A stretch of DNA of 64,000 nucleotides from the human T2T-CHM13v2.0 reference genome, Homo sapiens. This document shows, one piece after another, positions 51,755-64,000 of the stretch. Positions within the stretch are counted from its first letter, which is position 1, and each line of letters begins with the position of its first letter. The stretch is from the NCBI RefSeq assembly GCF_009914755.1, contig NC_060937.1. One strand, written 5' to 3'. Position numbers and translations under genes: made by a program. A model generated the notes under the pieces. The model ran no database searches and was not told where the DNA came from. It saw only the letters and a program-made list of their open reading frames with translations.

Positions 51755-52116
51755 TGATACGCTTTGGCTGGGGCCCTTCCCACATCTCATCTTGTACTGT
51801 TGCTCTCACAATTCCCATGTGTCGTGGGAGGGACCGGGTAGGAGGTAATTGATCATGGAGGTGGATCTTTCCTATGGTGTTCTTGTAATAGCGAATAAGT
51901 CTCAAGAAATCTGATGTTTTCATAAGGGGTGTTTCCCTGCACAAGCTCTCTTTGCCTGCCACCATGTAAGACATGGCTTTCCTCTTTTTTGGCCTTCCAT
52001 CATGATTGTGAGGCCTCCCAGCCATGTGGAACTGTGCATCAGTTAAATTTATTTCCTTTATAAATTACCCAGTCTCAAGTGTGTTTTTATTAGCAGTGTG
52101 AGAACAGACTCATACA
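51755..52116 (+). mobile_element. THE1-type MaLR solo LTR
   Basis: tgatacgctttggctg...catgattgtgaggcctcccagccatgtggaactgtg...gaacagactcataca; perfect TSD atatg. Confidence 0.93.
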
Positions 52117-52917
52117 ATATGTTAAATACTCTGAAGTGGAATTGTTTCATCATAGTGTGGAGGCATTTATAATTTCATTAAAAATGCTGAAGAGTTCTCT
52201 AAAGTTCTTGTTCATTAACACTCTCATTGGCAATGTATAAGAGCTCCAATTACTTTAATTTCTTGTGAGCATTGTGAATATTTTGATATTAGCCATTCTA
52301 ACAGGTGAAACATGGTATCTTATCTTGGTTTTGTAGGGTCAATGCAAAATTTCCCCTTCACCCTCTGAAGGTTTGTGGAAAATGATCTGACAAGAGGAAG
52401 ATTAATAGTAGATGAAGCATAGAAATGTATTTGATCATAGTTTTACATAACATGAGAGCCTTTAGAATGAGAATCCAAAAGTACAGGGGAGATTGTCCAT
52501 TTTTATGATTAGGTTGAACAAAATGTGGACAGCCTTGTGAAAATATGACTGCACTAAAAAGATAGGACTGTGGGAGGGAGGTTCCAAGATGGCCAAAGAG
52601 AAATGACTCCAGTCTACAGCTCCCAGCATGAGCGACTCAGAAGACGGATGATTTCTGCATTTCCAACTGAGGTACCAGGTTCATCTCACTGGGGCTTGTT
52701 GGATAGTGGGTGCACCCTGCGTAGCATGAGCCGAAGCAGGATGCGGCATTGCCTCAGAGGGGAAGTGCAAGGGGTCGGGGAATTCCCTTTCCTAGCCAAG
52801 GGAAGCCATGACAGATGGTACCTGGAAAATACTGCGCTTTTCCAACGGTCTTAGCAAATGGCACACCAGGAGATTATATCTCGTGCCTGGCTCAGAGGAT
52901 CCCATGCCCACGGAGCC

Positions 52918-52992
52918 TCACTCACTGCTAGCACAGCAGTCTGATATTGAACTGCAAGGCAGCAGCAAGGCTGGGGGAGGGGCATCCACCAT
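52918..52992 (-). pseudogene. L1 antisense ORF0 remnant, truncated at codon 25
   Basis: MVDAPPPALLLPCSSISDCCASSE* resembles the primate L1 ORF0 N-terminus (MAGAPPPASLPPCSLISDCCAS). Confidence 0.7.
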
Positions 52993-53539
52993 TGCTGAGG
53001 CTTGAGCAGGTAAACAAAGCAGCCAGGAAGCTCGAACTGGGTGGAGGCCACCACAGCCCAAGGAGGCCTGCTTGCCTCTGCAGACTCCACCTCTGGGGGC
53101 AGGGCATAGCTGAACAAAAGGCAGCAGAAACTTCTGCAGACTTAAAAGTCCCTGTCTGACAGCTTTGAAGAGAGTAGTGGTTCTCCCAGCATGGAGTTTG
53201 AGATCTGAGAACAGACAGACTACCTCCTCAAGTGGGTCCCTGACCTCCAAAATAGCCTAACTGGGAGGCACCTCCCAGTAGGGGCTGACTAAAACCTCAT
53301 ACGGCCAGGTGCCGCTCTGAGACAAAGCTTCCAGAGAAAGGATCAGGCAGCAACATTTGCCGTTCTGGTGATACCCAGGCAAACAGGGTCTGGGGTGGAC
53401 CTACAGCAAAGTCCAACAGACCTGCAGCTGAGGGTCCTGACAGTTAGAAGGAAAACTAACAAACAGAAAGGACATGCACACCAAAACCCCATCTGTATGT
53501 CACCATAATCAAAGACCAAAGGTAGATAAAACCACAAAG

Positions 53540-54545
53540 ATGGGGAGGAACCAGAGCAGAAAAGCTGAAAATTCTAAAAATCAGACTGCCTCTTCTCCAA
53601 AGGAATGCAGCTCCTTGCCAGCAACACAACAAAGCTGGATGAAGAATGACTTTGACGAGTTGAGAGAAGAAGGCTTTGGATGATCCGTAATAACAAACTT
53701 CTCCAAGCTAAAGGAGGATGTTCAAACCCATCACAAAGAAGCTAAAAACCTTGAAAAAAGAATAGACGAATTGGCTAACTAGAATAAACAACATGGAGAA
53801 GAACTTAAATGATCTGATGGAGCTGAAAACTGTGGCATGCACAAGCTTCAGTAGCTGAGTCAATCAAATGGAAAAAAAGGTATCAGTGATTGAAGATCAA
53901 ATGAATGCAATGAAGAGAGAAGAGAAGTTTAGAGAAAAAAGAGTAAAAAGAAACGAACAAAGCCTCCAAGAAATATGGGACAATGTGAAAAGACCAAATC
54001 TACATCTGATTGGTGTACCTGAAAGTGATGGAGAAAATGGAACCAAGTTGGAAAACACTCTTCAGGTTATTATCTAGGAGAACTTCCCCGACCTAGCAAG
54101 GCAGGCCAACATTCAAATTCAGGAAATACAGAGAATGCCACAAAGATACTCCTCAAGAAGAGCAACTCCAAGATACATAATTGTCAGATTCACCAAAGTT
54201 GAAATGAAGGAAAAAATGTTAAGGGCAGCCAGAGAGAAAGGTCAGGAAACCCACAAAGGGAAGCCCATCAGATTAACAGCTGATCTCTCGGCAGAAACTC
54301 TACAAGTCAGAAGAGAGTGGGGGCTAATATTCAACATTCTTAAAGAAAAGAATTTTCAACCCAGAATTTCATATCCAGCCAAACTAAGCTTCATAAGTGA
54401 AGGAGAAATAAAATACTTTACAGACAAGCAAATGCTGAGAGATTTTGTCACCACCAGACCTGCCTCACAAGAGCTCCTGAAGGAGGCACTAAACATGGAA
54501 AGGAACAACTGGTACCAGCCACTGCAAAAACATGCCAAATTGTAA
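53540..54545 (+). pseudogene. L1 ORF1p (RNA-binding chaperone), disrupted
   Basis: MGRNQSRKAENSKNQ... to ...NWYQPLQKHAKL*, with internal stops (e.g. TGA 53681-53683, TAG 54075-54077) and frameshifts. Confidence 0.95.
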
Positions 54546-54608
54546 AGACCATCAATGCTTGGAAGAAACTGCATCAACTAACGAGCAAAATAACCAGCTA
54601 ATATCATA

Positions 54609-58289
<3,681 letters not shown>

Positions 58290-58619
58290 GGAGTTCATGT
58301 CCTTTGTAGGGACATGGATGAAGCTGGAAACCATCATTCTCAGCAAACTATCGCAAGGACAAAAAACCAAACACTGCATGTTCTCACTCATAGGTGGGAA
58401 TTGAACAAGGAGAACACATGGACACAGGAAGGGGAACATCACACACTGGGGCCTGTCGTGGGGTGGGGGGAAGGGGGAGGGAAAGCATTAGGAGATATAG
58501 CTAATGTAAATGATGAGTTAATGGGTGCAGCACACCAACATGGCACATGTATACATATGTAGCAAACCTGCACATTGTGCGCCTGTACCCTAGAACTTAA
58601 AGTATAGTAAAAAATACAT

Positions 58620-58696
58620 AAATAAGAAAGAAAGAAAGAGAAAGAAAGAGAGAAAGAGAAAGAAAGAAAGAGAAAGAAAGAAAGAGAAAGAAAGAA

Positions 58697-58760
<64 letters not shown>

Positions 58761-58783
58761 AAAAGAAAAGAGAGAAAGAAAAA
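58620..58783 (+). repeat. (GAAA)n compound microsatellite in the L1 tail
   Basis: About 160 bp of gaaa/gaga repeats. Confidence 0.95.
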
Positions 58784-60378
58784 GACAGGACCTAATATTG
58801 AAAGACTGATTTAAATAAATGAGCAAATCCTGTCTGTCTAGATTCTTTTTGTTCTCTCCGGGCAGCATTCCTTCCTTCTGGGTATAGGGCAGGATCCTCT
58901 CTGTAATAGAGGTCTCATGACCCACAGTCATACAAGGTAGGTCAAAGCATAGCTTTATGGCCAGTTTTTACACAAAATGGTGGGGGGAAAGTTAGAGTAA
59001 TATTTTTAGTTTTTATGACTGGCTTTAGGGAAAGGGGTTCTGATTTATATTAACCCACCTTGGGAAGACAGTTTCTAGTTTCCATGGCTAGCCCCAGGGG
59101 AGAATGAGGGGCCAGAGATAGGAGGGCTGGAGAAGGTCAAAGAAAAACGTATGCTTCTTAAACCTTCCTTTTGTGGTATTATTTCTGAACCTCAACAGCT
59201 TTAATTTAGATTTTTCTAAGGAGTAATAATGTTGTGCAGCTTTTTATGTGTATATTGGACATCTTCTCTCAGTTCTTTTCAACTTATTTGCCTTGAATTG
59301 GGTTATCTTTTCATTATTACACTGTTGAAATTCTTTCTTTATATATCCTGAATGCATATACTTTAAGTTTGTGGTTTGCAGATTCATTTTCTTAATGGTG
59401 TGTTTCAAGAGCAGAAATTATTTGACAAAGGCAATTCTTTTTTTAGGATTAATATGTTTGTCTTATGCATAAGAAATACTTTACCATGATTATGAAGACA
59501 GTCTCTTGTTTTCCCCTAGCTTTTATGCTTAGGAGTGAGCCATTTCAAATTAATTTTTATTATAGAATAAAGCAAGGGTTGAGATTCTTTTTGGTTTTTA
59601 TTTTTGAACATAAATATCCAGTTGTTCCAACAATATTTTTTCACGCACATACAGTGACTACATATGTGTGGGTTGAGGGTTTCTGTTCTGTTACATTGAT
59701 CCATGTGTTTATCCTTAGACCAATAGAGCACTATTTGTTTTAGTAGCTTCACAATAAGTCTGTGAATCAGAAGGCAGAAATCCTCTAATTCTGCCTTTGT
59801 GTTTTTAAATGTCAAGATTGATTCTTTTGGATCCTTTGTATTTCTGTATCAATATTAGAATGAACTTATCAATTTTGTCTTTAAAAGCCTCCTGGGATTT
59901 TGGCTATGAATGCACTGAATTTATGCATCAATGTAAGGAGAAAGAATATGTAAAAATATTGAGCCCTGCAATCCATGAACATGACATATCTCTCCTGTCT
60001 TTATATCTTATTTCATTTATGTTAGAAAACGTTTTGTACTTTTCAGAATAGAGATATTGAACACTCTTTAGATATATTCTTAGTGATTTTATGTTTTTGG
60101 TACTATAATAGTGTTATTTTAGTTTTATATACCAAATGTTTATTGATTAAATATTGAAATAAAATTAATTTTATGTTAATCTTGTATCTTAAAGATTTCC
60201 TAATTTTATTGTTATTTTGTATATCCCAAATGGTTTTCCAATACATAACTGCAGCTTTTTTCTCTCTCCATTTATGCTTTTTAAACATTATTTTTCTTGT
60301 CTAATTGCATTTGGTAGACTTTTTGGTACAATGTTGACTAGAAGAGGTAAGAACCTAGCAGACATCCTTGTCTTCTAT

Positions 60379-60946
60379 TGAGACAGGCAATTTCATGGGT
60401 GCGGTATTTTGAACCTCACTAGGCCACATATGAATGGGTCTTGGGCCTGGAATACTTTCTTACCAAGAGATAAAGACCCTACACAGCCTATGCCTGGCTT
60501 ATCACTCAAGTATGAATATCTTTCCCTGCTTCAGGCTCCATTTGTCCTCCTTTGTTCTGCTTAACTGTGTGCAACAATGGCCCTCAGTCATGCCTCCAGC
60601 TTTCAGTATTCCAGACTCCATGTGGGAGAAGAAGGAGTCCTTTCATGTGGCATGGGAGGTGTGACTAAGCTAATTGCTCTGCATCAGCTGTCATGGGACA
60701 CGTGTCATGTGGGACCAATGCACACTATTGGAGCTGATTTTACTGTCTGTCCTCTATGTGAGTAAAAGCTTGTTCCATCCAGTGCTGTGTTGTGTTTTTC
60801 TCAGTGACTTGAATATTAAGATGCAGTGGGCAGAAGTGTTTGGACTTTAGTACTGGGTGGCTGGCATTTCGGTGATCTTTGCTGTACTCCACGTAGTTGG
60901 AGTTTTCCCCAGGTATTAGTATTGGTATACAAGGTTCTGCTTGATG
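60379..60946 (+). mobile_element. ERVL-class LTR (MER70/MER76-like) inserted in old L1
   Basis: About 570-bp GC-richer block interrupting L1 at gacatccttgtcttctat; ttttgaacctcactaggccacat...ttaccaagagataaaga; agtaaa poly(A)-type signal; 3' boundary approximate. Confidence 0.65.
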
Positions 60947-63900
60947 TCTTCTTTTTTATTTAGGGAGGAAATATTCAATACTTGCTATTAACTCTGATGT
61001 TAGCTGTAGATTTTTAAAAATAGATATATTTTTTCAGATTGAGAAACTTCCCTTCGAAACCTAGAGATTAAAGTTGTTTCTTTTATTTTTATCATAAATG
61101 TTTTTTTTCATTTTTTTCTACATGTATTTTATCATAGTTATATGTCATAAATTATAATAATTAATTTTAAAATGTTAAATCAACCTTGCATTCCTTGATT
61201 AACCCCATTCTGCAATTTGGTCATGACTTGGTCATGATATATTACCTTTTTACATATGGTTAGATCAATTTGATAATATTTTGCATCTATGTTCATGAAG
61301 GTCACTTTTTTCTGATTTTTTTTTACATATACTGTAATGTTTTGTTAGATTTTTGTATCAGGGTTATACTGTCCTCATCAATTGAGTTGGAAAGTATTGC
61401 TTCTTGTCTATCTTTGGAAGAAACTTCCTTATGATTTGTATTACTTCTCCTAGAAATAAATGATGGAATTCACTTATTAAGCCATCTGATTCCTGGATAT
61501 GTTTTTTTGTGTGTGTGGGTGGAGGTGTTTGATTATTTCTTCATTTTTATTAGATATAATATTTAGAGTATTTATTTCTGCTTATATGAATTTTGGCAAA
61601 CTTTTTTCTCAAGATGTTTCTCCATTACATCAGAGCTGTCAAATTTATTGGCATAAATTTTTCCTTGATATTTCCTATTATGTTCTTCCCATCTGTGGAA
61701 TTTATGCTCATGTCTTTTATTTCTTTCTTGATATTAGTAGTTTTCATTTTCTCACTCTAGTTTTTTGTTTTTAATACATTTGCTGGACATTTATGAGAAC
61801 AATTCATTTTCTTAAAAAGACCAACTTTTGATAAATTGGTGTTTTAAAGTTACTATCTAGTTAGTATCCCATTGATTTCCACTCATATTTTTATGATTTT
61901 TAATTTCTACTCACTTTTAAATTTTTATTTTTAAATAAAATTTTTAATTTATTTTTAAATTAATTTGTTCTCTTTTTCAAGTTTCTTAAGAAGGAATATT
62001 AAGATCATTGATCTTACAGTTTTTTAAATGTAGGCATTTGTAGCTATAAATTTCCCTCTATGGACTGCATTGGCTACATCTCAAATTTTATGTTGTGTAT
62101 TATTAACATTCAATTTAAATAATATACTTAATAATTTTTATTTGACTTATGTATTATTTACTGCTATGTTGTTAAATTTCCAAACTTTCGGAAATTTTCT
62201 AGATATTTTACTGCATTAATTTCTAATATAATTCTCTTATGGTCACAGAACACATTTTTCAGGACTTGAATTCTTTTCAGTTTGTTTAGATTTGTTTACT
62301 TATCAACATACAATCTATCTTGGAGAATGTTTTGCGTGCATGATTGGGAAAGGAATGCTTATTCTGCTCTGGTTGGGTTCAGTGTTCTATAAAAGTCAGT
62401 TTGGCCAAGGTGATAGATAATGTTATACAATCATCTCAATAAAACATCATTTTTATCTAGATACATAGATTCACTCCCCCCTACTACAAGGAGTGAGGCA
62501 ATGAAGAATGGATCATGAATAATTAACTCACATTCAGACATATGAGGTTTGCATAAGAGATTTGGTAGACCAACTAATCTTAGAACTTTTAATTTCTCAA
62601 TTCTGAGGAATCATACCAACCTCAAAATCAAATAAAATATGATACATGATTATTTCTATTAGGAAAATGAAATCACATTAACTAGATTTAAGATTTATTA
62701 ACTAGATATAAGAAATAATGTGAAACTTACTATATCAAATGTAAAAGTTTGAAAAAGAAATGACTAAATTTTGGTTTGACTGAATTTAACAACAACAAAA
62801 AACTTTAAAATTGTAGAAAAAATGCTAAATTACTGTTTGCCTAACCAATATCTGTCCAAATCTCCCACATTTAAAAAAGTTGAGTGAACAATTTGGGCAC
62901 TTAAAGTCTGTAAGATGTTAATATCTTAGCAAATAAAATTTATTTAAGCGTGTTCAAATTATTTCCCTCTTGAAATAGGCAAAGCAAATAAAACACAAAC
63001 TCACATTCACATCAACATATGCACAAACAAGTCCTCCTAATCCAATCATCCCAGCAGTATTTCCACATTGTGTAGGTCTCACAGGTAATTTCTAATGAAT
63101 TCTTTGTACTATAGATCTCTTTTAATTAATCTTTAAGTTATATTTGTAATTTAATAGGCCAAATACTTTTCAAAGGTGAAGCACAGAATATTTGACCATT
63201 GTCATATGAATAGACCAATCTATAAATTAAGAGTAACCTCTACATGTTTTACTCAAGGGCTATCTAAGCACGAATAAATAACAAATTTACAAATGCCATG
63301 TCTATTTTATATTCATATTTTCCAGGGGTTGCTTGTCAATGAGATTTGTTAAACATTTTCTATCACAGAATTGTAAGCCTCTGTTTTTGGAATGTTTTGT
63401 AAAAGAGAAAATGAGATAGTCAAATTTTCCAAATAGCTAGGAGTTAATATTTTAATCACTAGTGTTTGTCCTTGTGCTTTAAAAAGGACACGGTTTTAAA
63501 ATATGCAACTTTTCCCCTGGCTCTACAACAGAACACCTGAGCATAATTTAAACCTTGCTTTATTGTCAAGGTGATCACTACAATCCTCAACGTTTGGCCA
63601 TTGCTGTAAGTATTACGCTGAACTGATGTCAATTGTGTTGCATGCCATCCAAAAGAGATTCTGATTGCATCAGCTCTCCTTAGAAAACAACTCTGATAAC
63701 AGTCTGTCCTTGGGTCACTTGCTACTAATTATATAATTGATTACTCAATGAACATAACGCTCATAAGGCAACTACAGAGTGTCAATTACTGGTCAGTGTC
63801 TTAGATCTTCATAGATCTTCACATTAATCTCTGACCTCAAGAAGCTTGCTTTATATTGGAGCAGAATGAAAAGCTTGTATTGGCCAACCCTGTCCAGCCA

Positions 63901-64000
63901 AACCCAGCAATTCCACAAGATGGAGTATTATACTTCTATTACCCATGAGAAAACTGGGGCTATGAAATGTTGAATAATTTGACTTATACCAAATCATAGT

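Overview
AT-rich, CpG-poor primate (human-like) genomic DNA: an intergenic or long-intron region dominated by transposon fossils. I cannot support any intact protein-coding gene. Every recognisable peptide in the ORF track comes from Alu, L1 or LTR sequence, and no host gene is identifiable from sequence alone. Contents: six Alus, one full-length but inactivated L1PA-type LINE-1 (about 52.6-58.8 kb), several old L1/L2/MIR/hAT fragments, and about 11 LTRs (MaLR, ERV1, ERVL, and a HERV-H LTR7-type solo LTR). Many have readable target-site duplications and sit in multi-layer nests. Most interesting non-repeat signals: (i) a minus-strand cluster of strong splice sites with an upstream TATA box at 16.7-18.95 kb, plus a candidate exon at 29.2-29.4 kb, possibly an unannotated spliced non-coding or 5'UTR transcript; (ii) two AG|GTAAGT recursive-splice-like motifs; (iii) several locally templated rearrangements: a perfect 16-bp hairpin abutting (AT)30, a fold-back plus duplication over the LTR7 TATA box, and a 31-bp copy of an L1/LTR junction pasted 1.24 kb away. 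I see no convincing evidence of a wholly new biological system. Subfamily names come from my recall of consensus sequences and need Dfam/RepeatMasker confirmation. Boundaries of old repeats are approximate.
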